From Escherichia phage vB_EcoM_VR26, in the sequence record NC_028957.1: a stretch of DNA of 64,000 nt. One strand, given 5' to 3'. Of this stretch, positions 52,982 to 63,888 are shown one piece after another (the first letter of the stretch is position 1; every line of letters begins with the position of its first letter). The notes under the pieces are model-generated. The model worked only from the letters and a program-made list of their open reading frames with translations, was not told the DNA's origin and ran no database searches. The position numbers and the translations under genes were made by a program.

Positions 52982-53605
52982 TTACATAAACTTAAAGAAT
53001 TCTTTAAGCCCCTTAATTACATGGACAGAATGCGCTCCACACTCACAAGAGATAGGAATAGCCATTTGGACCTGTGGCTTGAGAAGTTCTTCCGTTAGTG
53101 CATTGATATCATCGAGGGTAATTGCATTGTACAGGTCCTCGATTTCGGCCTCATTTAAGTCATCAACAACGATGCGCTCGCCGCCTTCCGTGATAATATA
53201 TTCAATGCAACAAGCAATCATTTTTCCTTTATCACCGTCTTCAAACAGTCCAGGATAACGGAATTTAATTTTAAACGACCCGAAATCACGAATAACTTCA
53301 GACTCGTCCACGATGCTCGCGCGGCTTATTGTCACAGGAATGTCTTGTTCCTTTCCGCACTCACATACCCATGTATGCTCGACGTTAACAGCTCCGAGAC
53401 TATTTGCCCAGAGATTAATAAGAAGCAACTCGGCTTCCTGTTTGTTTAACCCTTTAGCATCAGTGCATTTATTAAGCAGTTCAATTATTGCAGGTTCCAT
53501 ACGCTTTTCTAATTTTGCCTGAAGCAAATCTTTATATTCGCGCAAGGTAAAAGCCCTACAATTTATAGTTTTATTTTTAATTTGGACAATAAATTCATAA
53601 GTCAT
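52982..53605 (-). CDS. 26: gp26 baseplate hub protein
   Basis: Start placed at the ATG at 53605 with AGGAG SD (the track start at 53638 is TTG); 207 aa. Confidence 0.8.
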   Translation of the reverse strand: MTYEFIVQIKNKTINCRAFTLREYKDLLQAKLEKRMEPAIIELLNKCTDAKGLNKQEAELLLINLWANSLGAVNVEHTWVCECGKEQDIPVTISRASIVDESEVIRDFGSFKIKFRYPGLFEDGDKGKMIACCIEYIITEGGERIVVDDLNEAEIEDLYNAITLDDINALTEELLKPQVQMAIPISCECGAHSVHVIKGLKEFFKFM

Positions 53606-53622
53606 AATTTGCTCCTTTACTG

Positions 53623-53630
53623 TATTTATA
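53623..53630 (-). promoter_or_regulatory. late promoter TATAAATA for gene 26
   Basis: Reverse-strand half of the palindrome TATTTATAAATA. Confidence 0.6.
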
Positions 53631-53634
53631 AATA
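53627..53634 (+). promoter_or_regulatory. late promoter TATAAATA for gene 51
   Basis: Forward-strand half of the palindrome TATTTATAAATA, about 25 nt upstream of the gene 51 ATG. Confidence 0.6.
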
Positions 53635-53658
53635 TCAATAAAGATAAAAGGGGATTCT

Positions 53659-54411
53659 ATGGCCAATATCGTAAGATGTGAAATGCCAGACGGAGTTCAT
53701 CGTTTCAAACCGTTTACAGTCGCTGATTACCGTGATTTACTGCTTGTGCGAAACGACATGAACAACAAACCCGTCGAAGAACAAAAACAATTATTAGACG
53801 AACTGTTGGAAGATTATTTTGGAGAATATCCGAAAGCATGGAGACCTTACATATTCCTGAAGGTATTCACTTCCTCTATCGGTAAGACAAAAGTCCCGGT
53901 AGCGTTCGAATGTCAAAAATGTAAAAAGACAAAGCAGACTTTGTTTAACATGAGTCAAGGCCCATTGATAAATCCAACGATGGAAACTGCCGGGATAAAA
54001 ATACAATTTAAGTTCCCTGAAGTGGAATATAAAGATAAGTCGGAGCTTGTTCTAAACACCATCCAGACTGTCGAAGACTCGGAACAAAAGTACAATTGGG
54101 AAGACCTCCCTGAAGAAACGAAGATGCAAGTTATCGATGCAATTGATATAGAAAGTCTCGAAGAGCTCCTTAAGAAAATGCACTCGATTTATCTTCCATT
54201 TACATATGGTTGCTGCGAAAAACACAAAACCGAATATACAGACTTGATTGATGTCTTTAAGCTTATCCTTAACCCGGATGAAGTCTTTGTATTTTATCAA
54301 ATTAACCACTTGCTGGTAAAGAACCAATATACGCTGGATAGCATCATGCACATGATTCCTATTGAACGAGGTATTGCTTTATCACTAGTTGAGAAGGACT
54401 TGAAAAAATGA
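53659..54411 (+). CDS. 51: gp51 baseplate hub assembly catalyst
   Basis: 250 aa; synteny. Confidence 0.85.
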   Translation: MANIVRCEMPDGVHRFKPFTVADYRDLLLVRNDMNNKPVEEQKQLLDELLEDYFGEYPKAWRPYIFLKVFTSSIGKTKVPVAFECQKCKKTKQTLFNMSQGPLINPTMETAGIKIQFKFPEVEYKDKSELVLNTIQTVEDSEQKYNWEDLPEETKMQVIDAIDIESLEELLKKMHSIYLPFTYGCCEKHKTEYTDLIDVFKLILNPDEVFVFYQINHLLVKNQYTLDSIMHMIPIERGIALSLVEKDLKK

Positions 54412-55577
54412 CAGTTAAATCTATGCAGCGTGAAGGCTTTCCTAATATCAGCATCCGCCTTTATGAAGATTATGATGCGTGGCTTGAACACCGTTTTGTA
54501 GAACTAGCCGCCACCTTTACAACGTTAACCATGCGTGATTCCCTTTATGGAAGAAACGAGGGGTTGTTGCAATTCTACGATACGAAAAACCTGCATACAA
54601 AAATGAATGGTGAACAGGTTATTCAGATTTCTGTTAAGAATGCCAACTCTGACCGAACCCAATCCAGAATATATGGAAGCAAACACTTTGCAGTTTCTGT
54701 GGATTCAAAGGGTGATAACATAATTACAATTCAACTGGCACCTATTCACGAAATTGAAGACCTGAAATTTAGTCGTATGTTTTACCCGAGTGTACAAGAA
54801 ACATTAGTCGAAATGACCGGGGTAATTTATCAAGACAGGCCCTTACTTGCTCCTCCTATAAACGGAATCAACGTTTATGCTCCTAATGTTCCATGGTGTG
54901 ATTCGATGAACCAATATATGGAATTCATAAGGGAAGTGGGTCTTGCAGTTGAGTCTGATAAATTTGTATTTGTGTGGGAAGATATTGATGGCATCAGTAT
55001 CCAGGATTATGAGTGGTTAACTGCACAAGAGCCAATTAACTTTGTCGTAGGGGAACCTCGATTGATTGGTCAGTTTGTGCAAAACCTCGATGCTCCGTTA
55101 GCCTTCGATTTTGAATGGTTAACAAAGGCAAACCAACACACAAGAAAACCATATGAAAACGCAACCGTGTATGCGCATTCATTCCTTGACAAGAACGCAA
55201 CCAGAATAACTTTTGGGGAAGGTCAAAACAGTATTCTGGTATCTCGTTCCGGGGGCTATTCGGATTACACGTACCGAAATGGTTTCGAGGAAGCACAACG
55301 ATTAATAACCATGTCTCAGTATGACGGTTACGCACATTGCAAAACGTACGGGAACTTTGAATTAACCCCGGGTGATAAGATAAATTTCTTTGACCCTAAG
55401 AACCAATTCAAATATGATTTTTACGTAGACGAAGTTATTCATGAAGTGAGTAACAATACATCAATTACAAACCTCTATATGTTTACCAATGGTAAGCCTA
55501 TCGAAGTTGAAGAACCACCGAAGGTTAAAAATGAACTTAAAACTGATTCTGCCGACGAAGAAAATACAGCTGGGTGA
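54408..55577 (+). CDS. 27: gp27 baseplate hub protein
   Basis: 389 aa; synteny. Confidence 0.9.
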   Translation: MTVKSMQREGFPNISIRLYEDYDAWLEHRFVELAATFTTLTMRDSLYGRNEGLLQFYDTKNLHTKMNGEQVIQISVKNANSDRTQSRIYGSKHFAVSVDSKGDNIITIQLAPIHEIEDLKFSRMFYPSVQETLVEMTGVIYQDRPLLAPPINGINVYAPNVPWCDSMNQYMEFIREVGLAVESDKFVFVWEDIDGISIQDYEWLTAQEPINFVVGEPRLIGQFVQNLDAPLAFDFEWLTKANQHTRKPYENATVYAHSFLDKNATRITFGEGQNSILVSRSGGYSDYTYRNGFEEAQRLITMSQYDGYAHCKTYGNFELTPGDKINFFDPKNQFKYDFYVDEVIHEVSNNTSITNLYMFTNGKPIEVEEPPKVKNELKTDSADEENTAG

Positions 55578-56049
55578 TAAAGAGATTCATGTACCCAAGC
55601 TTGGGCTTAAGCATCACAATCTGATTAAAAACGAGGCCAACCCTTACGCTGCATTAAGAAAGGTTATGCAATCGATATTCCCTAATCTTACAGCAGCCGA
55701 ATCCGACTTTGTATCCTTACATCTTCTGGAATTCAATGGTAAGCTAAAAGACAAACGCGAGATTAACGGATTTACATATAAGCTGGATGATGTTTATATC
55801 TGTCAACGTCTTGAATTCTCTTATCAAGGAAAGACATTTAAATTCCGCTCGAATAAACCGTATGAAGAATTTGGGCCAGTTGACAATCTTCTGGAGACTC
55901 TTTATCTCGGGGAAGATGTTCCAGACTTTCTGGATATGCCTGCTTTTGTTGCTAAGTGGGCAGACGATATCACAAGCACATTAGCAATCCCGGGCCCGAA
56001 TGGTCCTGTTAAGGGGTTACTGAAAATAATGGAACTCCTAAATGAATAA
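55531..56049 (+). CDS. 28: gp28 baseplate hub distal subunit
   Basis: Start set at the ATG at 55531 (AAGG SD); 172 aa; overlaps the gene 27 end. Confidence 0.8.
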   Translation: MNLKLILPTKKIQLGDKEIHVPKLGLKHHNLIKNEANPYAALRKVMQSIFPNLTAAESDFVSLHLLEFNGKLKDKREINGFTYKLDDVYICQRLEFSYQGKTFKFRSNKPYEEFGPVDNLLETLYLGEDVPDFLDMPAFVAKWADDITSTLAIPGPNGPVKGLLKIMELLNE

Positions 56050-57787
56050 GAACTCCGAACAAACGAGCTTCAGACGCGGTGGACCGAATAAAAAGCTTAT
56101 CGAAGAATTAGCACCACAAAGGAGGGCGGAAGCCCTCTCTGCTGAACAGAATGATGAACTATCGAATCTGAATACGACTCTTACAAATACTCAGGCTGCG
56201 ACCGAACTTGTATCGGAAGCTATTGAGGATAAGGGTAATCAGATTATCGAGAATATCCAAACCAATAATGGAGTCCTCCAGGATATCAGTGCTGGGGTCG
56301 AACTGACGGCTGAAGCCACCGAGAAGACTCAACAAGGGATTAAAAACCTCACGGATATTCTCTCGGATAAGCTCGACAAACTCAGTGCAATGATAAGCGG
56401 TAAAATAGGCGTCACGTCTCCTGTGGCTGGTTCTGAAAGCCTTAAACCCGTTGAGGATGCATTACCAGAGCCTGAAGAGAATAAGCCTACAGCGAGCGTT
56501 CCAGCGCTTATACCACCCGAAGAACAAAAGCCAGATGCAGACTTCATACCGGAACCGGAGCAGCCAAAGAATGATGCAGAAGGTAAAGAGACTAACACTT
56601 GGTCTCTCGGCGATAAGCTTGACACTCTTTCGAAGATAACCGAAAAAGGATTTAAGGCATCGGTTTCTGTAGCCGACCGAATCTCAGGGATGTTGTTCAA
56701 ATACACAATAACTGCGGCAGCTGAAGCAGCTAAATTAATAGGCGGATTATTGTTGTTGGTATTCGGCATCGATGCAATACGAGTTTACTTCCAGTATTTC
56801 ATGAAGCAATTCGAAAAAGGATGGGTCGAATTTAATGATAAGTTCAAAGAATGGGGGCCATTACTCGAAGGATTAATGACTTGGGCGAAGAATGCTGAAG
56901 CTATGTTTAGTGAAAGAAATTGGCTTGGCCTGGCAGAAGCTATTATCCGTGGAATGGTTAACTTAACGAAGAATATGGCTCAACTTCTTATGCTTGGTAT
57001 TTCAAAATTAATCTCGGCTATCTTAAGTAAAATCCCCGGGATGGGTGACCTAGCAGATAATGTGGAAGCCTCTGCGTTGATGTCTTATCAGCAAAACACG
57101 GGCGCAACCCTTGATGATGAAGACCAAACAAAGATAGCTAAGTATCATGATAAACGTTCGGCCGAAGCAATGAAAACTGCGGAGAAGATGAATAAGAAGT
57201 ATAAGGATAAACCTGAACTGATTAATCAAGCCGAAAAATATGGCAACCTTACCAAGGAACAAGCTGACCAGCTTCGTGCAGGTGGTATTGACACAAGCTT
57301 CAGAGACCTTCCAGAAGAAGAACGTCTGGACTATTTCAAGAAGCGTGATAAAACCCAAGCCGATATTATTCGTTTAACCCAGACTGCAGATAACTTAATG
57401 AAGCCAGATGCAACCGATAAAAAGAATGCTGAAGCCTCGTATAAAGCAATCCAGGAACAGTTGGCTGACCCGGTTATGTCAAAAGGTGGAGCTCCGAAAG
57501 ACCTTAATATGCGTGCTCTCCTGGAAAAACTCGATAAGTCTCTTGAGAAGTTCAAAGACGAACCGAAAGTTAAACCACCTGATGTTAAGACTTCTCCGGA
57601 CGCACAACAAGCCGCGAAGGTCGACGAAGGCATGAAGGCCAAAGAAAATAAATACAAGGATGCACCGGCTCAGGCACAAATTAACACGGTCAATAATATT
57701 CAGAAGACTTCAAGGACGCAATACAATATGCCTCCTCAAAGTTCAACCCCTGCCCCTGGCATGAGACAGGCCACGAGAATTAACTAA
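56042..57787 (+). CDS. 29: gp29 tail tape measure / baseplate hub protein
   Basis: 581 aa; central hydrophobic segment; synteny. Confidence 0.85.
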   Translation: MNKNSEQTSFRRGGPNKKLIEELAPQRRAEALSAEQNDELSNLNTTLTNTQAATELVSEAIEDKGNQIIENIQTNNGVLQDISAGVELTAEATEKTQQGIKNLTDILSDKLDKLSAMISGKIGVTSPVAGSESLKPVEDALPEPEENKPTASVPALIPPEEQKPDADFIPEPEQPKNDAEGKETNTWSLGDKLDTLSKITEKGFKASVSVADRISGMLFKYTITAAAEAAKLIGGLLLLVFGIDAIRVYFQYFMKQFEKGWVEFNDKFKEWGPLLEGLMTWAKNAEAMFSERNWLGLAEAIIRGMVNLTKNMAQLLMLGISKLISAILSKIPGMGDLADNVEASALMSYQQNTGATLDDEDQTKIAKYHDKRSAEAMKTAEKMNKKYKDKPELINQAEKYGNLTKEQADQLRAGGIDTSFRDLPEEERLDYFKKRDKTQADIIRLTQTADNLMKPDATDKKNAEASYKAIQEQLADPVMSKGGAPKDLNMRALLEKLDKSLEKFKDEPKVKPPDVKTSPDAQQAAKVDEGMKAKENKYKDAPAQAQINTVNNIQKTSRTQYNMPPQSSTPAPGMRQATRIN

Positions 57788-57795
57788 GGAATAAC

Positions 57796-58896
57796 ATGAA
57801 AGTAAAAGAACTCGATTTCGATTTAGATATTGCGGGTTTATTTAACGGAGGTTCTAAGACCTCCGCTGGGCAGTCAAAAGCTGCCCAGACTCAAGCTACT
57901 ATTGTGGCGCAATATCCAGCAGAACGAGCTTCCGGTAATGATTCTTCAGATGATATGCGAGTTAATGACCTTTATAAAAATGGTCTGTTATTCACGGCAT
58001 ACAATTTCAGTTCAAGAACATCTCCGGAATTACGCTCAGACCGGTCAAGCCAATTGACTTCATTAAAGAAAGTTTCCAATGGTGCTTCATTTAACCCAGT
58101 TAAAAGTTTAACATCTTTTGCTAAATCAAAATTAACCGGCTCCGGTTCAACAGGTAAAAGTTTTGATTCGAACGCTGTTGCAAATATCCTGTTGCCTCGT
58201 TCAAAGTCTGATGTAGAATCCGTATCGCATCGATTCAACGATGTTGGCGAATCTCTTATTACGAAAGGCGGCGGCTCAGCTACGGGTATTCTTAGTAACA
58301 TCGCATCGACCGCAGTTTTTGGCGCGCTCGAATCAGTTACAAACGGTGTAATGGCCGACCATGGCGAACAGATTTACACAACGGCAAGAAGCATGTATGC
58401 TGGTCCGGATAACAGGACAAAAGTTTACACATGGGAAATGACTCCACGTAGCGCGCAAGACTTAATCCAGATAGTGAAGATATACGAGATTTTCAACTAT
58501 TATTCTTATGGTGAAACCGGTAAAAGCTCCTTTGCTTCCGAGCTGAAAGATAAAATCGATACGTGGTATAAATCCACCTTCAAAAAGGAAGCAATCGATA
58601 ACTTTGACGGTAAGTTGCTCGGTGAAGAGATAACAAGCTTCTTAACGAACGTTCTGGTGGTCTCTAACCCTACTATCTGGTATATCCGTAACTTCGGTGA
58701 TACAAGCTCATACGATGGCCGTGGGGAGCTATTTGGGCCATGTCAGATTCAGAGCATAAGATTCGATAAATCTCCGGATGGTCATTTCGGTGGATTAGCT
58801 ATTGCTCCTAACCTGCCATCGACTTTTGTACTTGAAATCACTTTCCGTGAAATCATTACGCTTAACCGTGGCTCATTATATGCGGAAGGTTTCTAA
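57796..58896 (+). CDS. 48: gp48 baseplate tail-tube cap
   Basis: 366 aa; synteny. Confidence 0.9.
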   Translation: MKVKELDFDLDIAGLFNGGSKTSAGQSKAAQTQATIVAQYPAERASGNDSSDDMRVNDLYKNGLLFTAYNFSSRTSPELRSDRSSQLTSLKKVSNGASFNPVKSLTSFAKSKLTGSGSTGKSFDSNAVANILLPRSKSDVESVSHRFNDVGESLITKGGGSATGILSNIASTAVFGALESVTNGVMADHGEQIYTTARSMYAGPDNRTKVYTWEMTPRSAQDLIQIVKIYEIFNYYSYGETGKSSFASELKDKIDTWYKSTFKKEAIDNFDGKLLGEEITSFLTNVLVVSNPTIWYIRNFGDTSSYDGRGELFGPCQIQSIRFDKSPDGHFGGLAIAPNLPSTFVLEITFREIITLNRGSLYAEGF

Positions 58897-59855
58897 TGTT
58901 TACTTTACAAGAATTTCAAACACAAGCGATTAATATCGACTTGCAGAGGAATAACCTTTTTAGCGTGGTCTTCGCGACCGCGCCTTCCTCTAAATCTCAG
59001 AATCTTCTGGACCAGTTCGGTGGTGCATTATTCAGCAACCTTCCTGTTAACTCGGATTGGTTTGGTTTAACGCAAGGCGACTTAACCCAGGGAATAACAA
59101 CTCTTGTTACTGCAGGAACTCAAAAGCTTATTCGTAAATCAGGAATAAGCAAATATCTTATCGGGGCAATGAGTAACCGTGTTGTGCAATCATTATTAGG
59201 GGAATTTGAGGTTGGTACTTACCTGCTTGATTTCTTTAATATGGCTTATCCAACGGCCGGGCTATTAGTTCACTCCGTTAAGCTTCCGGACAACACATTG
59301 AACTACGAAATGGACCTTAACCATAACGCGCCAAATATCAAGATAACAGGGAGAGAATATTCTCCGTTGGTATTAAGCTTTAGAATGGATTCAGAGGCAG
59401 GGAACTTCAGAGCATTTAACGATTGGGTCAACTCTGTACAGGACCCAGTTACCCAGCTAAGGGCTTTGCCTGAAGATGTTGAAGCAGATATTCAGGTCAA
59501 CCTTCACTCACGTAATGGATTGCCACACACGGTTGTTATGTTAACTGGTTGTGTTCCTGTAAGTGTATCTGCACCTGAATTGAGTTATGAAGGGGATAAT
59601 CAGATAGCTACATTTGATGTGACTTTTGCTTATCGCGTTATGTCAACTGGGGCGGTGGGAAGAAATGCTGCATTAGAATGGTTAGAAGATAAGGTTATTA
59701 AGGGTGTATCTGGTATTAGTTCAGATAACAACTTGAACGCAGAAGTTGCCAAATTGAGTCGCCTGTCTGGTGCCCAATCTGGATTAACAAGTCTGTACAA
59801 TACGTTCACTGGTTCCGGGAGAGCAATCTCTGGTGGAAGTCAACGTATATTATAA
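58896..59855 (+). CDS. 54: gp54 baseplate tail-tube initiator
   Basis: 319 aa; synteny. Confidence 0.9.
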   Translation: MFTLQEFQTQAINIDLQRNNLFSVVFATAPSSKSQNLLDQFGGALFSNLPVNSDWFGLTQGDLTQGITTLVTAGTQKLIRKSGISKYLIGAMSNRVVQSLLGEFEVGTYLLDFFNMAYPTAGLLVHSVKLPDNTLNYEMDLNHNAPNIKITGREYSPLVLSFRMDSEAGNFRAFNDWVNSVQDPVTQLRALPEDVEADIQVNLHSRNGLPHTVVMLTGCVPVSVSAPELSYEGDNQIATFDVTFAYRVMSTGAVGRNAALEWLEDKVIKGVSGISSDNNLNAEVAKLSRLSGAQSGLTSLYNTFTGSGRAISGGSQRIL

Positions 59856-59860
59856 AAAGA

Positions 59861-59886
59861 AAGGGACCCGAAGGTCCCTTTTTTAT
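59861..59886 (+). terminator. rho-independent terminator after gene 54
   Basis: GGGACC CGAA GGTCCC followed by TTTTTT. Confidence 0.75.
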
Positions 59887-60206
59887 TTGCGGAATGAAAT
59901 GAAACCTGCTACAGTCATTACAGCTTCTTTCTTAACAAAGACTGTAATCGCAATTGGCGCTTCAGATTCAAGCTGTCCAGTTACTATACCATTAAAAATA
60001 TTTTCTGTTTGTTCAGAATTTACAAAGTTTTCAACAGGGCGAAGGTCAAACTTCTTATCTTCACCAAACACGCGGCGCAATTCATTACCCACCGCGCTGT
60101 CAAACTCTTCTGAAGCTGGGATAACATTCTCAACTACCAGTTCCTGACCATTAAAGCGAAAAGATGATTTCATTTTGTTTTCCTCATGTGCAATTGATAT
60201 GAACAT
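59883..60206 (-). CDS. hypothetical protein (alt-adjacent small gene)
   Basis: 107-aa ORF; the in-frame ATG at 60173 has a GAGG SD and may be the true start. Confidence 0.5.
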   Translation of the reverse strand: MFISIAHEENKMKSSFRFNGQELVVENVIPASEEFDSAVGNELRRVFGEDKKFDLRPVENFVNSEQTENIFNGIVTGQLESEAPIAITVFVKKEAVMTVAGFISFRK

Positions 60207-60236
60207 TGTATCGCACTTCCTTGTGCTTGTAAACCC

Positions 60237-62288
60237 CTATGAAAGGAATTTAGGAGGAATACTTTCCAAATTAATACAACTAGCAAGAATACCAAGACCT
60301 TGGTTGACTTTCTTCGTCACCCTGGAGGATGCAAACGATGCGAAGTCAACAGATTCTTCTGGTTCCTCGCCTTTATAAACGACAAGCTCGCCAGTTTCCA
60401 TCAACACATCACCATCATAGATAACTGCATTTTCATCCAGTTGGTCAGTGGTCTGAATGTCAGCTTCCAGCATTTTGACGTTCGCATTTCCTTGATACGA
60501 CGCATCTGTAATCTTTGTAATCTTAACTATAGTTCCACGAGGAAGAATAACTTCCTGCTCGGATGGGTTGCCTGACAATTCACCAGGAACAATTACGTTA
60601 ATTAAGTCCGCTCCAGAAATTTTCCAACCGACATGCATCATTACGTGGTCGCGGCGGGCATCCGGCATATCTGGTAAAACAATTTCGTCATCAGCCTGGA
60701 AAGATGTCCCATCACGATAGTCCTGATGAACTGCGGCCATAGCAACGTTCGCCACCCAGCCACCAAAGATAATCGGTTTAAACGACGTTGATACATAGTT
60801 CCTGAAATAAAATAATTTAGATTTCTTAATTTTATCAAATGTAGGAACGTTTAAATATTGACCACGCCAAAGAGTTGTATTAGGCGGCAACTTATGTCCA
60901 ATTTCAAAGGCCGAATCCAATTCCTTAATTGTTTCGACAACTCTGTCTAGATTTAGGAATTCAGCTTCTTCTTCATAATATTTGCCCATCAAATAATTAT
61001 TAATATCGGCATAGTTTGCTCCACAATAATCTGCAATTGCTTCTCGCTGGCCATAATGGAAACGGTTGTCAGTATACCCTGCTGTGAAATTAAGAGTATT
61101 TTCTGATGCTTCTTCGGCAAAGTCTTTAACTGCAACACGAATGGCGCTTGTGTATTCTTTTTCCCAGAGCGTGGCTGCATAAGTGGCTGCATCCAGGTTA
61201 GGAGGAGCATCATTCATTTTTCTTTCGATAAATGCGGCTTTGCGAAGGTTAAGAATCTCTGCACATGATTCGGCAAAAATCTGCATCTGCTTCATACTAC
61301 CAACTGGAGCACGTTTAAGTTCACGGTGCATACGGTTAAAAATTGGGTCAGTATCTTCAACACGAATTTCTTCTTTCCAAACACCATTTGCTCGCATAGC
61401 CGTATCTGCTGCGCGCATACGTGCCATAGTATTCGTTTCAGAAGGCCGAACAAAAATTTCCAGTTCTTCGGCATCATCAATTAATTCAGCAGTTGCAGGT
61501 CGACTAAACTTAGCAGCTTCTGCATCAATTTCGTCCCAACCTTCTGGCACGGAATCACTTGGTGCGTACTGGGCTTGTGCAATAGCTCGGCGACTGATTT
61601 TAGTTTTCTGGGCAACAGCAGCGTCGGTCTTTTTGTTTGCTGCGTCAATCAGAACTTCGGCTGCGATTTCTTGTTTGGAGACTTGAGCACCTGTATCTTT
61701 ATTGGTGAATACATCGCCAACTTTAGTTTCAACTTTTTGATATTTCTCAGGGACTGGTGGCATACCATCAACCGAAAGCAGGTCAACACCCTTTTTGTAC
61801 ATAATTACATAAGCGTTCTTTTTACCGAGGCCAGAAGCATTCGGAAGAACATGATAACGCCCGCTGGTTTTCATTTGAATCAGTCGATTCATAATACGAA
61901 TAACAGCTTGGTCTTGTCCTTTCATCTTTTTGGATGGGAAACGGAACAAGACTACATCAGGTTTACCTAGTTTAATGCTTTCCCAGACTGTAACAAAAAT
62001 CAGGTTAATCGCGTCAAGAGGTTTTTCACCTAGACCACCCTTCAGAGGAACAGCATGGCCATGTGAAGTCCCGGATAACAGAAATACCTCGGCAATCGCA
62101 TCACCGCGTTTATATTGTTTAACCGTTTCTTTGCCCGTGAATTGCATCAAACGAGCCATAAGAGAATTTGTCCCAGGAACACCGAATTGCCAAACCTGTG
62201 GGACCTTGTATTTTGGGTTCATATTAATGACAGGATAACCGAAGGCTTCGATATATTTGTCAAAGAGTTCATTTAATTGTTCAGACAT
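60237..62288 (-). CDS. alt: Alt ADP-ribosyltransferase
   Basis: 683 aa; blocks shared with T4 Alt as recalled (KVGDV..NKDTGAQV, KISRRAIAQ, FYFRN.VSTS, ETGELV). Confidence 0.9.
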   Translation of the reverse strand: MSEQLNELFDKYIEAFGYPVINMNPKYKVPQVWQFGVPGTNSLMARLMQFTGKETVKQYKRGDAIAEVFLLSGTSHGHAVPLKGGLGEKPLDAINLIFVTVWESIKLGKPDVVLFRFPSKKMKGQDQAVIRIMNRLIQMKTSGRYHVLPNASGLGKKNAYVIMYKKGVDLLSVDGMPPVPEKYQKVETKVGDVFTNKDTGAQVSKQEIAAEVLIDAANKKTDAAVAQKTKISRRAIAQAQYAPSDSVPEGWDEIDAEAAKFSRPATAELIDDAEELEIFVRPSETNTMARMRAADTAMRANGVWKEEIRVEDTDPIFNRMHRELKRAPVGSMKQMQIFAESCAEILNLRKAAFIERKMNDAPPNLDAATYAATLWEKEYTSAIRVAVKDFAEEASENTLNFTAGYTDNRFHYGQREAIADYCGANYADINNYLMGKYYEEEAEFLNLDRVVETIKELDSAFEIGHKLPPNTTLWRGQYLNVPTFDKIKKSKLFYFRNYVSTSFKPIIFGGWVANVAMAAVHQDYRDGTSFQADDEIVLPDMPDARRDHVMMHVGWKISGADLINVIVPGELSGNPSEQEVILPRGTIVKITKITDASYQGNANVKMLEADIQTTDQLDENAVIYDGDVLMETGELVVYKGEEPEESVDFASFASSRVTKKVNQGLGILASCINLESIPPKFLS

Positions 62289-62320
62289 AATAGGTTCCTT
62301 ATAAAATATGATGTATTTAT

Positions 62321-62345
62321 ACTAAAAAAGGCCGAAGCCCTTTTG
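62321..62345 (-). terminator. terminator-like hairpin after the DNA ligase gene
   Basis: Reverse strand reads GGGCTTCGGCC followed by TTTTTT. Confidence 0.5.
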
Positions 62346-63878
62346 TTATTTTAACCCCGTCTGTGACCAGTCGCCAAATACTTCTTCGAAAGTATCTGCA
62401 CGGTCTTTATCGAATCTGAACCCTTTGATAATCGGAAGGAACAGTTTAACAGTATTATCTTTACGAGTTTCAGAAGTCAACCAACCATTACATTCACAAT
62501 CAGCAATCATTCCAACTAATTCACCTTTACGAGCCTTAATCATAAGAGCTTCGCGGTCCATTTCATGACGCTCATCAATTGGGATAATAGCCCATTTCTT
62601 AGTCTTCGGGTCTTTGACTTGTGTTGTATCTTTGAAGCCTGACCCACAATTGGTAACAATTTTACCGCAAGAAGATTGAAGCACAACACCACCAATTTTA
62701 TTTGGGTCTTTCTCGTGCTCATAGAATCCGATAATTTCCAAAGCGATGTCAATAACTTCTTTGAACTTGTACATATTCTTAGAACGCTTGTTTTCCCAAG
62801 GAGCTGCAGTGTTTTTAAGAATAATACCTTCGAGCTTTAAAGCAATATATTTCTTATAGATGGCTTTGGCTTCTTCGAGGTTATTAACCACGTGGTTTTC
62901 AATCAGAATCATGCGGTCGTAGCCATGAAGCACCACGTTATCTGCAATCATCTTCTCTAATACCGCGAACCGCACATCATATTTCAGAGGGTTAAGAATT
63001 TTAACATCTGAATACACTTCAATCAACGGAACATAATCCCAGACCTGGAATTTCATGCCAGCTGCTTCAGTCGCAGTGATAGTTCCTTTTAATGATTTGT
63101 TCGCTAGACCGTTTGACTTAGTACGAGATTCCGCAGATTCAATTTGAGTCTCGGCTTGCTCTGTATCGCCAAAAAGGAAGGCCAAACCGTCATTCTGGGG
63201 AGCTACTTTCTGTTCATGGTATACTAACTCGCCATCAATTAAAACGCCCTCAGGATGTCTCTCACGCGCTTCACGGGTGGCTTCAATCAGTTCCTTTTTA
63301 AGGAGGTCAAGCTTGAGGTATTCGTTACCGGCACGGGATAACAATCGAACATCATCCAACTCATCACCACGAACTTCTGCAAAACACCTGGCACCATCGG
63401 CTTTCAATTGTGCAAAGGCCGGGAACTTAATGTTTTTAGCAATACCTGCTTCATCATAAGAAGAAGCAAGCATCTGTGGCTGTTCAGGAATTAAACCTTT
63501 CCAAACTTTATTCGCAATCGATACGGATGCCCCACATTCCAGGTCACGCATCATCACACGGCGCAGGACTTCAACATCTGCTTTTTTACCATCAGCAATA
63601 TAACCCGATAATTCCTCGATTGCAGCATTACCTGTTAATTTACGAGGGGCTAATGTAAATTCGATAAAGTCAAGCATATCACTTATATTCAGCATACCAA
63701 AGCTTTGAGTCGTTGTCCCAGGTTTTGGCCATTTCTTGATATAGAACTGAATGCCTTTGGAATATGTCAAACGATACACACGTTTAAGCGTTTCATTTTC
63801 AGAATACGATTCCAGGATAGCTTGTTTCTCTTTCGTAGAATCGGTTGCAGCAATTTCATTTAAAATATCTAAAATCAT
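62346..63878 (-). CDS. 30: ATP-dependent DNA ligase (gp30)
   Basis: 510 aa; N-terminus MILDILNEIAA..STKEKQAILE, adenylation motif KADGARCF, end FEDVFGDW; close to T4 DNA ligase. Confidence 0.95.
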   Translation of the reverse strand: MILDILNEIAATDSTKEKQAILESYSENETLKRVYRLTYSKGIQFYIKKWPKPGTTTQSFGMLNISDMLDFIEFTLAPRKLTGNAAIEELSGYIADGKKADVEVLRRVMMRDLECGASVSIANKVWKGLIPEQPQMLASSYDEAGIAKNIKFPAFAQLKADGARCFAEVRGDELDDVRLLSRAGNEYLKLDLLKKELIEATREARERHPEGVLIDGELVYHEQKVAPQNDGLAFLFGDTEQAETQIESAESRTKSNGLANKSLKGTITATEAAGMKFQVWDYVPLIEVYSDVKILNPLKYDVRFAVLEKMIADNVVLHGYDRMILIENHVVNNLEEAKAIYKKYIALKLEGIILKNTAAPWENKRSKNMYKFKEVIDIALEIIGFYEHEKDPNKIGGVVLQSSCGKIVTNCGSGFKDTTQVKDPKTKKWAIIPIDERHEMDREALMIKARKGELVGMIADCECNGWLTSETRKDNTVKLFLPIIKGFRFDKDRADTFEEVFGDWSQTGLK

Positions 63879-63888
63879 TAATCACCTC

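Noticed and set aside
61183-61686. 167-aa forward ORF inside alt
   Set aside because: Antisense to alt; Ala/Ser/Arg-rich with no recognisable domain
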